Of a stretch of 40,411 nt of DNA, positions 8,735-19,380 are shown piece by piece. The notes under the pieces were generated by a model. That model had not been told where the DNA came from. It ran no database searches and saw nothing but the letters and a program-made list of their open reading frames with translations. The position numbers and the translations under genes are program-made. Origin of the DNA: a candidate division FCPU426 bacterium (GTDB lineage: Bacteria > Oederibacteriota > PGYV01 > Palsa-1178); contig PMTB01000268.1 of NCBI GenBank assembly GCA_003167475.1, positions 1 to 40,411 of the forward strand, read 5' to 3'. The stretch's first letter is position 1. Every line of letters begins with the position of its first letter.

Positions 8735-11700
8735 TTGAAAAATAACACTAAAACCGGCAGGCTGCTTTCATCCAATCAGTTGTTTTTTATGTTTTTGTCC
8801 TTGCTGTTATTTTTACCTGTTTTATCATCCGCGACAACCTGGACCAATGTCGGCTCCCCAGGGTTTTCAGTTGGCACTTCGAACTATCCCACGCTTAAAG
8901 TTTACAACAGCGTCCCTTATGTATCTTTCATGGACGCGGCCAGCAACTCGAAAACATCGGTCATGAGGTATTTGGCCGGTTCCTGGCAGTATGTGGGCGC
9001 CCCCGGAATATCAGCCGGCACGTCGCAGTATGTTTCAATGGATATAGACCAGGCAAACGGGAACATATATATAGCCTATCAGGACAGCGCAAATGGAAAC
9101 AGGCTCAGTGTTATGAAATATGACGGGACCTCGTGGGGTTATGTCGGGGCCCCGGGATTTTCTTCCGGCGCGGTATATGTGGCGCTGCCTTTTGTGCGTA
9201 ATGGAATTCTTTATGTTTTTTGCGACGACAACCAGGGGTCAGTATATAAATTTAACGGGTCCAGCTGGGCGCTGGCGGCGCCGCAGGGATTTATCACAAG
9301 CGCTTCGGACTATTCTTTTTTTGTGGCTGACGATCTCACCATGTATGCCGCGTACAAGGATTTTAACAACTCGAGCAAAATATCCGTGCAAAAATCAAGC
9401 GGTTTGTCCTGGACCTATGTCGGCGGCTCGCCGGGCATCACGCCCGGGGCGGCGCAGGCAAGTTCAATATGGATAGATAACGGGACGCCCTACCTGGCGT
9501 ACTCGGACCAGCTTAACGCAAGCAGACTTTCCGTGATGAAGTTTGACGGCTCGTCGTGGGGATATGTCGGAGCGCAGGATTTTTCAGGGGCGGCCGCGTC
9601 TTTTGTTTCGCTGTTTATGTACAACGGGACCCCGTTTGTCGGGTTTCAGGACAGCGCGAACGGGAACGGTGCTTCTGTCATGAAATTTGACGGGACTTCA
9701 TGGGGATATGTGGGCACACCGGGATTCTCGGCAGGCCTTGTATGGTTCACTTCGCTTTACGTGAACCTCGGAACGCCCATCATCGCGTATATGGACAACG
9801 CGTACAGCGCCATGGATACGGTCATGAGTTACGGGCCGTTGACGGGGGTGGATACTCCCACTTTTACTTGCACCATAACACCCACGCCGACTTCCACGGG
9901 CACGCAGTGCGTACTTCTGCCTGTGTCGACAATAACCTATCCGGGAACGGCTTTCACAAACAGCGCTTCGTATATTTCAGGAACCGCCTTTGCGGCCTGC
10001 GGCACCATCACGCAGGTTGACGTTTCAATATATTCGGCTCCGCTCGGCCAGTACTGGAACGGTCTCACATGGCAGGCCGTGCAGTTCTGGGTTCCGGCAA
10101 CGGTCGCAATAGGATGGATATATAATTTTACGCCGCCGTCCGACGGGCAGTACACGATACGCAGCAGGGCTCACGATTCTTCAGGCAATATAGAAATTCC
10201 CGGCGCGGGTATAATGCTCAACTACGACCACACTGTCCCGTTATCTGTCATTACTTCGCCTTCAAACAATGTTTACTACAACACCATCCCGCCGAATTTC
10301 GCCGGCACAGCGGCTGATACGGGTTCGGGAGTGGGGAAAGTACGCCTAATGCTTTACAACATAACCAATGACGTATACTGGGACGGCTCCAGTTGGATAC
10401 CGTTCGCGACCCAGTGGTTTGACGCGTCAGGGACGAACAGCTGGTTTTATTCCTCGGCCAATCCCGGATGGACATCCGGAAGCTACGATTTCGCGTCCGA
10501 GGCAGTGGATAATGCGGGGAACACCCAGGCCACACTGACAACAGGGGTGAACCACATTAGTTTTATTTTTGACAACACCGCGCCCGCAAGCGCGATAAGT
10601 TATCCCATAAACTCATCCACGCTCCCGAGCCTGACAAATATTTCCGGAACGGTTACGGAGAACACAGACGGAAGCGGATTATCGACATCCGGTGACGCTT
10701 TGCAAATATATATATATAACCTCACGGATAACGTCTACTACGACGGCGTCAGCGGTTGGACAGCGGCCCAGACATGGATAAACACAAACGTATTATGCAC
10801 AGCCTGCGTATCAAGCGGATGGACCTACGCCGTATCTGACTCCATCTGGATCTCCGGGAAAACATACCAGATAATGGCAAGGGGAAAAGACAAGCTTGGA
10901 AATACGGAAACAACAGGCGCATGGGTGGATTTTACGTTCCTTCCGCTTACTGCGACGTATACTGTCACAATTACCCCTACATTTACACAGACACCGACCC
11001 GTACCGTGACCCCGACACTAACCATAACGCCCACGTCCTGCGTGAGGCTTGACACTTCTTTTAACGGAACAGGGTTCGTGACACTCAACGGCGGCGGGAC
11101 GGGCGGGTCCGCAAATGATTTTGGTTTTGACCTGAAACTGGACGGATCCGGCCGCATAATTTTAGCCGGAGTCCGGTATAACGGGACAAATGGCGATATG
11201 GCCCTCTGGAGGTTTAACAGCAACGGGACATTGGACACCACCTTCAACGGAGGCGCCGGCTATGTGATGAACAACGGCACGGCCGGTGGAAATGGAGCCG
11301 ACGCAGCCAATGCTGTTGTAATAGATTCTTCAGGCAGGCTCGTCGCCTGCGGGTACAGCACAAATGCCACCGCTTATCAGAGCATGGTTATATGGAGGTA
11401 TAATAGCGACGGCACGCCGGATACATCTTTTAACGGAACGGGTTATATCACGCGCAGCGGCACGGCTGGAGGAACGGCAAGTGACGGCGGAACGGACCTG
11501 AAGATTGACAGGCTTGGCAGAATAACGGTATGCGGTTACAGCACAGCTTTGAGCGGGGATACATACATGGCAATCTGGAGATATTTAAGCGACGGCACCC
11601 CAGATACATCGTTCAACGGTACGGGTTTTGTGACGAACCACAACGCGGCCGGCGGTAACGGTTCGGACTACGGGAGCGCCATGGCAATTGACGCCAGTGA

Positions 11701-14700
11701 CAGGATAATAGTAACCGGATTTTCCGACGAGCAGCCGGGAGGGGGGCATAATTTCGACATGACAGTCTGGAGATATAATCCGGACGGGACCATAGACACC
11801 ACATTCGGCGCGGGGAACGGGTATATGACCCATAATAACGCGGCCGGAGCGAACAGTGATGACCGTGGAAATTCCGTTATCATAGATAATTCCGGGAATA
11901 TTGTGGTGGGCGGCGCTTCCGCCAAAAGCGGAGCCCTGACAGCCATGGCTGTATGGAGGCTTCTGCCGAACGGACAGCTTGATAGCACTTTCAACGGACT
12001 CGGTTACGCGGTCATGTCGGTCAGTTCTTCAAATGACGCCGCGAACGCAGTTGCCATAGACGCTAACAACAGGATAGTTCTCGCAGGAATAGTCTTTAAT
12101 CCGGCGGCAGGTTATGACCTGGCTATATGGAGGTACAATAATGACGGCACTCCTGATACGACATTTAGTTACAACGGATACGTGACGCATAACAGCGCGG
12201 CTGGAGGCAACGGCAGCGATGAAGTGTCGGGCCTGGCAATCGACGCGCAAAACAGGATAGTAGCCGGGGGAGACTCGGTGAGCGTTTCCAACAGCTATGA
12301 TGTGGCCGTTTGGCGCTATACGGACAACTGTTCCGTGTTCAATACGCCGACACGCACGGCCACTTCCGCAACGTCAGCAACGCCGACCAATTCAGTTACT
12401 GCAACCATGACTTCCACTCCGGCGGCCCTGCCAAACGCCGGGAATTCATGGACCATGGCCGCGTGCTCGGCTCCGTTCGCGGACAGGAGCGCTTTCGGTT
12501 TTGCTTCATATAACGGCCTGATGTGGGTTGCGGGCGGTACTTCGGGCGGCACGCCTTACCAGGATGTGTGGAACACTTCCGACGGCATCAACTGGAACCT
12601 TGTAACCGCAACTGCGTCCTGGCAGGCGCGAAGCGGGTTTGCCATGCTGCCGTTTAACGGAAAACTTTACATAATTGGCGGCGTCGGCGGGATGGGATAC
12701 ACAAGCGAAGTATGGTCCACCTTAAACGGAACAACATGGAACCTTGAAACAACGGCTCCTTTCACAGGCAGGGACGGATTCACTGCCGTGGTATATAATA
12801 ATGAAATCTGGGTCATAGGCGGGTTCGGGCCGCCGACCGGGCTGAAAAATGACGTGTGGCATTCAGCTAACGGGGTGGACTGGACTTTAGCCACGGGCAA
12901 CGCGGCTTTTGGGCCGAGGTCGGGGCATACGAGCGTGGTAATGAACGGCTTTATGTGGGTGATAGCCGGGGCCAACAGCACGCAGCAGGTAAATGACGTG
13001 TGGTATTCATCCGACGGAGCGGCATGGACCCGGATGACGAACTCCGCTGGATTTGCAATAAGGGAAGGCCACGCGAGCGTGGTATATGACGGGAAGATGT
13101 GGGTCATAGGAGGACAGAGCGGCAACGGCACAAACGAATATAACGACGCGTGGTACTCTTCAACAGGCGGGGTATGGACAGCGGCGACAGCCGGCGGAGG
13201 TTTTGAAACGCGCAGCGGGCTTGGGGCGGATATTTTCAACAATCAGATATGGATAGCCGGCGGATATCATGATTCAAACGGCGCTTATTTGAATGACGTG
13301 TGGTATTCACCTCTTGCCGGGACCGTGACACCGGTAAATACCTGCCCTCCCGCGTCAACATATACATTTACGGCCACCAGCACGCGGACGAACACCATTA
13401 TACCAACGCTCACGCATACGGTCACGCCCTCGCTCACCCCCACGCCGGGCGCGCCGCCGTGCAAGACGTTCCTTAATTACGCGGGCAACGAATGGCTCGG
13501 CAGGACATTTGGCAACGCCAATGCGGCGGCAGTCGGGCCGAATAATTACACTTACGTTATCCTGCCCGGGCAGGTGCTTGTTTATGATGAATTCGGATTT
13601 TATAATTCCTCGTTCGGCGCGACCGGGTTCGGCAACGGCGGATTCAATAATGCGATGGGAATAGCAGTGGACGCATCCGGTAATATATATGTGGCCGACC
13701 AGGAGAACAGCCTGATACAAAAATTCGGGCCGGCCGGGAATTTTATAACGCAGTGGGGCGGATTGGGCTTGGGAGACGGGCAGCTTGACCAGCCTGACGG
13801 CGTGGCCGTGGATAACATCGGAAATATATATGTGGCCGACACGGGCAATAACAGGGTGGAAAAATTCACTAACACAGGGGTGTTTATCCTGAAGTACGGC
13901 TCAGCCGGGACCGCCATAATGCAGTTTGATTCGCCGCAGACTTTGGCCTGCGACGCCGCGGGCAATGTGTATGTCACCGATACGAACAATAACAGGGTGC
14001 AGAAGTTCAGCTCAACCGGAGTTTTCATCACAACATGGGGCGCGAACGGGTCCGCTGCCGGGCAGTTCATCAATGAGCACGGTATTTGCGTCGACGCAGG
14101 CGGCAACGTGGTTGTCAATGACAGGGGAAACAACAGGTTTGAAGTATTTGACACTAACGGCGGATTTATAAGGCAGTTTGGCGCCTTTGGCGACGCTGCC
14201 GGGCAGTTTGACGATGTCAGGGGCATAACGATGGACAATTCCGGAAATATCATAGTTGTCGACCAGGCCCCGAACATGCTTGAGTGGTTCGACATTAACG
14301 GCAATTATTTGAAAAAAGTCGGGAATGCGGACAATGCGCCCGGCAATACCATCAGGCCTTTTGGGCTTGCTTCCGGCGGGACGGGATTCCTTTACTTTAC
14401 AAATGACTCGGATTTTTACATACAAAAGTTTGCCCTGTCAGGCGCCTATATAGGCACGATCGGCAGCGGTTCAGGAAGCGGCAACGGGCAGTTCAATAGC
14501 CCCAGGGGCCTTGCGGTCGACGCGGCAGGCAACGTGTACGCGGTGGACCAGTCGAATTTCAGGGTACAGAAATTTTCCAGCGCGGGAGCGTTCCTGCTGA
14601 AGTTCGGCAGCCAGGGCACGGCTAACGGCCAGTTCAAAACCGCGCAGTATCTGGCGTTGGACGCTTCGGGGAATATATATGTGACTGACAATGACAGCGC

Positions 14701-17700
14701 GCTCAACAGGGTGCAGAAGTTCAGCCCCGCTGGCGTTTATATCACACAGTGGGGCGGCTTAGGAGGCGGCAACGGGAAGTTTAATTCGCCGGCCGGCATT
14801 GCGGTGGACGCGGCAGGGTATGTGTATGTGGCGGACCAGTATAATGACAGGGTTCAAAAATTTGACGCGAACGGGGTTTATATTTCGCAGTGGGCAGTGC
14901 CGGGCGCGCCCGTGGGGCTGGCGGCTGATATTTCCGGCAACATATGGGTATGCGACACGGACAACATGAACATAAATAAATATTCACCTGCCGGCGTCCT
15001 GCTTGATACCATAACCGGCGGCAAAGGCGAGGCTCCGGGCCAGTTTAACGCATTAAACGCGGTAGCGGTAAGCAACAACGGCGACATATACGCCGGTGAT
15101 TATTGGGCATGCAGGGTCGCGCATTATTACTGCTCCATGCCCGCGGCAACCGCCACATTTACCGGTACATACACGGTCACCATGACAATAACGCCGAGCG
15201 TGACACCGTCGTGTACGATGACTTTTACAGCCACCCCGACCGCGACATTTACCGGGACAATTACCAATACGTTCACAAATACCCAGGTTACATCGACCTT
15301 TACGCCGTCTTCCACGCGGACATCCACCTTTACACAGTCTTCAACGGTAAGCCCGACATTTACCATAACGCAGACATGGACAACTCTGCCGGTTGCGACC
15401 GCAACCTCAACGCCGAACGGGTTGTACACGCTTGCCGGAAATATAATAACCGACGGATATCTAAACGCGGTGACAGCCGATTCTTCAGGGGTGTTCCTCG
15501 GGGGCCTGTTCAATTATATCGGGCCGCGGACCGGTCAGGGAATTTCGCTCAATAAAAATACCGGCACAGCGGTTGCGGGTATGCCGGAGATAGCCGGCGG
15601 CGGGTCTTACGGCGTCGACACAGTCGTGCCGGACGGCGTTGGCGGATGGTACATAGGAGGCGACTTCACATCTGTCGCGGGCCAGCCAAGGGCGCACATC
15701 GCGCATATACTTTCCAATGGCGTGCTTGACGCGCAGTTCAACCCCGGAGCGAACGGGACCGTCATAGTACTAGCTCTTGACGGTAACGGCAATATATTTG
15801 CCGGAGGATTCTTTACCGTCATAGGGAGTCAGAACAGGAACCTAATAGCAAAATTAAACGCGGTGACAGGGGCGGTCAACGGCAGCTTTAACCCGGCGCC
15901 TGTCGGCAGTTATGTGCAGTCACTGGCGCTTGATACGGCCGGGAATATTTACGTGGGCGGAACATTTACGAACATAGCCGGCCAGAATATAAACTACCTG
16001 GCGAAACTTAACGCTGCAAACGGAGTTGCGGACACGGGGTTCAACGCGAACCCGAACGCCACGGCGCACTCAATACTTCTCGACGGCTTGGGAAGCCTGT
16101 ATGTTGCCGGAGATTTTACAACAATTGGAGGGCAGGCATATTACGGTCTCGCCAAAGTTGACGCGGAGACAGGTCTTGCGGACACCAACTTTACGCCCGT
16201 GGTCGATAATATAATGCAGACAATGGTTTTGGACGGCAGCGGCAATTTGTTTATCGGAGGCTGGTTCACCCATGTGAACGGCTCAGTCAGGAATTACATA
16301 GCCAAGATAAACGCCTCAACTGGCGCGCTTGACGGCTCATTCAATCCCGGGGCGGACAATCCGGTGTATCCGCTGGCTCTTGACGGCTCCGGAAATATAT
16401 ACATCGGCGGATCGTTCACAAACATGGGCGGGTCCCCCAGGGGCCGCATAGCCAAGGTAAACGCCTCAAACGGAAGTGTTGACCCGTCATTTACACCATA
16501 CGCGGACAACAATGTGTCGGCAATAGCCTTTGACGGAAGCGGGAATGTTTTTGTCGGTGGGCTTTTCAACTCGATCGGCGGGTATGCCAGGCAGAACATC
16601 GCGAGACTGCACGCTGCGGACCTGTCCGTGGATACGGCTTTCAACATCAATTGCAATAATGAAGTGCTTTGCCTGCTGCTGCAGGGAAGCGACAATCTTT
16701 TTGTCGGCGGAAAATTCACAACCATAGCGTCGAGCGCGAGGCTTAATGTCGCGAAAATAAATGCCTTGAGCGGGGCGGCGGACGGAAGTTTCAATCCCGG
16801 CGCCGGCGCGTGGGTTTATTCCATGGCCATTGACCAGTCCGGGAATATTTACCTGGGCGGGCTTTTCACCATGATAAACAGCGTGGTGAGGCCGCATGTG
16901 GCAAAACTCAGCGCCTCAAATGGCGCCGTAGACGGGACTTTCAGCGCAATAGGCGCTGATTCGACGGTATTTTCCCTAGCCCTTGACCCAAGCGGCAGCC
17001 TTTACGTTGGCGGGATATTCAGCAATATAGGCGGCCTTTCCAGGAACTCACTTGCCAAAATAGATATGGGCAGCGGCAACGCTGACCCGGCTTTCAATGC
17101 GACGGCGCCAGTGGGTATAACTGTTGCGGCGCTCGCGCTTGACGGCGGCGGAAATATTTACGCTGCAGGCACATTCGCCTCCATCGGCGGCATAGCCAGG
17201 AGCGATATCGCCAGACTAAACGCAACAACAGGCTCGGGCGACGCGTCATTCACAATAAACTCGGACAATTCCGTGAATACCCTTTTAACGGATGGTTTCG
17301 GGGATATATACGCGGGCGGCAATTTCGGGGCCATGGGCGGTCAGGCCATATCTTACCTGGATAAAATAGCGATGTCATCCGGCACGGTGGACACAACTTT
17401 TAACATGGCCGTTAACAATCATGTAAACTCCATATATTTCTCGCCGGACAAGACCACGCTTTACGTTGGCGGTAATTTTACATCCATGCAGGGGAAACCC
17501 GCGGCCAATTTCGCGGCCATACACATGCTCGCGGGGATAGCGACGCCCACGTCGACATTTACAAAGACATTCACCGTGTCCCCGACACATACTTTTACCA
17601 GGACAGCCTCACCGACATATACAGCCACAGCCACGTCCACTCCGACATACACGGCCACGAACACCCCAACCCCTACCTTTACGGCCACGGATACGGCGAC

Positions 17701-18274
17701 ATCGACGCCCACGTTCACATCCACTTCAACCCGCACGGATACTAACACATCCACATATACGCCGACATTTACCATGACTTTCACGGACACGCAAACTTAT
17801 ACGGCAACTCCGACATTTACCGGGACATTTACATTTACGGCCACGGCGACGGCGACAGGGACAATGACCGCGACCCCGACATATACTGATACGCCGCTGC
17901 CCACGGATACTTTCACGATAACGCAGACCTGGACGGTAACTTTGACCGCGACCATAACGCCGACATTCACAAACACGCCCACGCCGTACGTGGACATAGC
18001 CATAGACCGGAACTATGTACAGCCGGGCAAAGGGGAAACAGTCAATATAAAGATCAATGCCGGCGCCATAGGCGTGGAAGTCACGGCGAAGATATATAAC
18101 CTTACAGGCGAATTCCTGAAGGAAATAAAATATACCACCACAGCCGTAGGCTGGAACGACATCAACTGGGACGTCAAAAACGCGGCCGGAAAAACAGTGG
18201 GGCAGGGGATTTACTTTATTCACATAAAGAACGGTTCTCAGAGCGTGATACGGAAGGTATTTGTTTTGAAGTAA
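8735..18274 (+). CDS. Giant (~3180 aa) modular surface/secreted protein: beta-propeller, three Ig-like domains, delta-60-type repeats, Kelch-like repeats, NHL repeats, second delta-60-like repeat block, FlgD/T9SS-like CTD, joined by Thr/Pro linkers
   Basis: WxYVGxPGF repeats; ISGTA...DxxGN Ig-like units; LDTSFNGTG repeats; NDVWYS repeats; FxxPxGIAVDxxGNxYVAD.NxRVQKF repeats; YxGGxFT..GG..RxxIAK repeats; IYNLTGE...WDVKN...GIYF CTD. TTG 8735 follows AAGGA and lies downstream of the promoter, whereas TTG 8678 lies upstream of it. Confidence 0.9.
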   Translation: MKNNTKTGRLLSSNQLFFMFLSLLLFLPVLSSATTWTNVGSPGFSVGTSNYPTLKVYNSVPYVSFMDAASNSKTSVMRYLAGSWQYVGAPGISAGTSQYVSMDIDQANGNIYIAYQDSANGNRLSVMKYDGTSWGYVGAPGFSSGAVYVALPFVRNGILYVFCDDNQGSVYKFNGSSWALAAPQGFITSASDYSFFVADDLTMYAAYKDFNNSSKISVQKSSGLSWTYVGGSPGITPGAAQASSIWIDNGTPYLAYSDQLNASRLSVMKFDGSSWGYVGAQDFSGAAASFVSLFMYNGTPFVGFQDSANGNGASVMKFDGTSWGYVGTPGFSAGLVWFTSLYVNLGTPIIAYMDNAYSAMDTVMSYGPLTGVDTPTFTCTITPTPTSTGTQCVLLPVSTITYPGTAFTNSASYISGTAFAACGTITQVDVSIYSAPLGQYWNGLTWQAVQFWVPATVAIGWIYNFTPPSDGQYTIRSRAHDSSGNIEIPGAGIMLNYDHTVPLSVITSPSNNVYYNTIPPNFAGTAADTGSGVGKVRLMLYNITNDVYWDGSSWIPFATQWFDASGTNSWFYSSANPGWTSGSYDFASEAVDNAGNTQATLTTGVNHISFIFDNTAPASAISYPINSSTLPSLTNISGTVTENTDGSGLSTSGDALQIYIYNLTDNVYYDGVSGWTAAQTWINTNVLCTACVSSGWTYAVSDSIWISGKTYQIMARGKDKLGNTETTGAWVDFTFLPLTATYTVTITPTFTQTPTRTVTPTLTITPTSCVRLDTSFNGTGFVTLNGGGTGGSANDFGFDLKLDGSGRIILAGVRYNGTNGDMALWRFNSNGTLDTTFNGGAGYVMNNGTAGGNGADAANAVVIDSSGRLVACGYSTNATAYQSMVIWRYNSDGTPDTSFNGTGYITRSGTAGGTASDGGTDLKIDRLGRITVCGYSTALSGDTYMAIWRYLSDGTPDTSFNGTGFVTNHNAAGGNGSDYGSAMAIDASDRIIVTGFSDEQPGGGHNFDMTVWRYNPDGTIDTTFGAGNGYMTHNNAAGANSDDRGNSVIIDNSGNIVVGGASAKSGALTAMAVWRLLPNGQLDSTFNGLGYAVMSVSSSNDAANAVAIDANNRIVLAGIVFNPAAGYDLAIWRYNNDGTPDTTFSYNGYVTHNSAAGGNGSDEVSGLAIDAQNRIVAGGDSVSVSNSYDVAVWRYTDNCSVFNTPTRTATSATSATPTNSVTATMTSTPAALPNAGNSWTMAACSAPFADRSAFGFASYNGLMWVAGGTSGGTPYQDVWNTSDGINWNLVTATASWQARSGFAMLPFNGKLYIIGGVGGMGYTSEVWSTLNGTTWNLETTAPFTGRDGFTAVVYNNEIWVIGGFGPPTGLKNDVWHSANGVDWTLATGNAAFGPRSGHTSVVMNGFMWVIAGANSTQQVNDVWYSSDGAAWTRMTNSAGFAIREGHASVVYDGKMWVIGGQSGNGTNEYNDAWYSSTGGVWTAATAGGGFETRSGLGADIFNNQIWIAGGYHDSNGAYLNDVWYSPLAGTVTPVNTCPPASTYTFTATSTRTNTIIPTLTHTVTPSLTPTPGAPPCKTFLNYAGNEWLGRTFGNANAAAVGPNNYTYVILPGQVLVYDEFGFYNSSFGATGFGNGGFNNAMGIAVDASGNIYVADQENSLIQKFGPAGNFITQWGGLGLGDGQLDQPDGVAVDNIGNIYVADTGNNRVEKFTNTGVFILKYGSAGTAIMQFDSPQTLACDAAGNVYVTDTNNNRVQKFSSTGVFITTWGANGSAAGQFINEHGICVDAGGNVVVNDRGNNRFEVFDTNGGFIRQFGAFGDAAGQFDDVRGITMDNSGNIIVVDQAPNMLEWFDINGNYLKKVGNADNAPGNTIRPFGLASGGTGFLYFTNDSDFYIQKFALSGAYIGTIGSGSGSGNGQFNSPRGLAVDAAGNVYAVDQSNFRVQKFSSAGAFLLKFGSQGTANGQFKTAQYLALDASGNIYVTDNDSALNRVQKFSPAGVYITQWGGLGGGNGKFNSPAGIAVDAAGYVYVADQYNDRVQKFDANGVYISQWAVPGAPVGLAADISGNIWVCDTDNMNINKYSPAGVLLDTITGGKGEAPGQFNALNAVAVSNNGDIYAGDYWACRVAHYYCSMPAATATFTGTYTVTMTITPSVTPSCTMTFTATPTATFTGTITNTFTNTQVTSTFTPSSTRTSTFTQSSTVSPTFTITQTWTTLPVATATSTPNGLYTLAGNIITDGYLNAVTADSSGVFLGGLFNYIGPRTGQGISLNKNTGTAVAGMPEIAGGGSYGVDTVVPDGVGGWYIGGDFTSVAGQPRAHIAHILSNGVLDAQFNPGANGTVIVLALDGNGNIFAGGFFTVIGSQNRNLIAKLNAVTGAVNGSFNPAPVGSYVQSLALDTAGNIYVGGTFTNIAGQNINYLAKLNAANGVADTGFNANPNATAHSILLDGLGSLYVAGDFTTIGGQAYYGLAKVDAETGLADTNFTPVVDNIMQTMVLDGSGNLFIGGWFTHVNGSVRNYIAKINASTGALDGSFNPGADNPVYPLALDGSGNIYIGGSFTNMGGSPRGRIAKVNASNGSVDPSFTPYADNNVSAIAFDGSGNVFVGGLFNSIGGYARQNIARLHAADLSVDTAFNINCNNEVLCLLLQGSDNLFVGGKFTTIASSARLNVAKINALSGAADGSFNPGAGAWVYSMAIDQSGNIYLGGLFTMINSVVRPHVAKLSASNGAVDGTFSAIGADSTVFSLALDPSGSLYVGGIFSNIGGLSRNSLAKIDMGSGNADPAFNATAPVGITVAALALDGGGNIYAAGTFASIGGIARSDIARLNATTGSGDASFTINSDNSVNTLLTDGFGDIYAGGNFGAMGGQAISYLDKIAMSSGTVDTTFNMAVNNHVNSIYFSPDKTTLYVGGNFTSMQGKPAANFAAIHMLAGIATPTSTFTKTFTVSPTHTFTRTASPTYTATATSTPTYTATNTPTPTFTATDTATSTPTFTSTSTRTDTNTSTYTPTFTMTFTDTQTYTATPTFTGTFTFTATATATGTMTATPTYTDTPLPTDTFTITQTWTVTLTATITPTFTNTPTPYVDIAIDRNYVQPGKGETVNIKINAGAIGVEVTAKIYNLTGEFLKEIKYTTTAVGWNDINWDVKNAAGKTVGQGIYFIHIKNGSQSVIRKVFVLK

Positions 18275-18281
18275 GCTGTGG

Positions 18282-18329
18282 GTGTAGCGGCGCATATAAT
18301 GCGCCAGCCTTTTGACTGCCCGCGGTGTG
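18282..18329. repeat. GTAG-type REP-like element, inverted copy of 8492-8542
   Basis: Reverse complement matches 8492-8542 at 44/48 positions with one 3-nt indel (hand alignment). Confidence 0.8.
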
Positions 18330-18365
18330 TTAGTAATTCCGCATAACAAAGTAAAAGGGGTGTTT

Positions 18366-19124
18366 ATGGCCAACAACAAAAAAACAGCCGTCATTACAGG
18401 CGGGGCGCAGGGTATAGGGCTTTGTCATGTGAAGGAGTTTTTGAAATCCGGATACAATGTTGCCTGCGCGGACCCGGATAAAGAGGCCGGGATTGAAATG
18501 ATGAAAGCCTTAAAGGCGGGCAAAAAACTTTTTTATTCCGATTGCGATGTTTCATCAGAAAAAGAAGCAATAAAATTCATAGGTTCGGCCATAAGGAAAT
18601 TTAACGGCATAGACGTCCTAATAAACAACGCGGGAATAGGGATAAATAAACCTGTCACGGAGCTGACGCTCAAGGAATGGAACCGCGTCATCGGCGTAAA
18701 CCTGACGAGCGCATTTTTATGCGCAAAACATTCCGCAAAACACCTTGAAAAATCCGGCGGCGTCATCATAAATACCGCATCGACCAGGGCGATTATGTCC
18801 GAAAAAAACACCGAAGCATACTCAGCCACCAAAGGCGGTATACTCGCCCTTACCCACGCGCTTGCCGTGAGCCTGGGGCCGAAGATAAGGGTGAACAGCA
18901 TCAGCCCGGGGTGGATAGAGGTTTCCGACTGGAAAAAGAAAAAGGATTTCAAAATACCGGTCCATTCGGAAGCGGACAAAAGCCAGCATCCCGCGGGCAG
19001 GGTTGGGACGCCGTATGATATATCAAAACTCGCGTTGTTTCTTGCATCGGAAGACGCGGGATTCATAACCGGGCAGAACTTCGTGGTGGACGGCGGCATG
19101 ACGAAAAAAATGATATATGTGTGA
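18366..19124 (+). CDS. Short-chain dehydrogenase/reductase (SDR)
   Basis: TGGAQGIG, NNAG, YSATK and VNSISPG motifs; ATG 18366 follows AGGGGTG. Confidence 0.95.
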   Translation: MANNKKTAVITGGAQGIGLCHVKEFLKSGYNVACADPDKEAGIEMMKALKAGKKLFYSDCDVSSEKEAIKFIGSAIRKFNGIDVLINNAGIGINKPVTELTLKEWNRVIGVNLTSAFLCAKHSAKHLEKSGGVIINTASTRAIMSEKNTEAYSATKGGILALTHALAVSLGPKIRVNSISPGWIEVSDWKKKKDFKIPVHSEADKSQHPAGRVGTPYDISKLALFLASEDAGFITGQNFVVDGGMTKKMIYV

Positions 19125-19144
19125 TAATGTAAATTCGTTGTTTA

Positions 19145-19301
19145 TGTTGCCGCAACAGGACAAGGTCCGCAACCTAAAGGTTGCGCCTACACAAACAAAT
19201 GCAAAACGTGGTTAGCAGGTTTTTTGGATTATGTAGCCGCAACCTTTAGGTTGCGGATCTTGTTTGTTTCGTAACTGAAGAACTCGCTCCCCCGCAATGA
19301 C
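19145..19301. repeat. Cluster of GTAG REP-like palindromes plus a degenerate right half of the 28732-28883 element
   Basis: 19160-19191 and 19232-19263 are inverted copies (30/32) with core CGCAACC-N4-GGTTGCG; 19264-19301 resembles 28847-28883. Confidence 0.8.
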
Positions 19302-19380
19302 AATCATTAATGATGAAAATCGTAGATATTTGTGTTATATCATTAGTATGCGTTAAATATCAGACCCGAAGGTGGAATGA

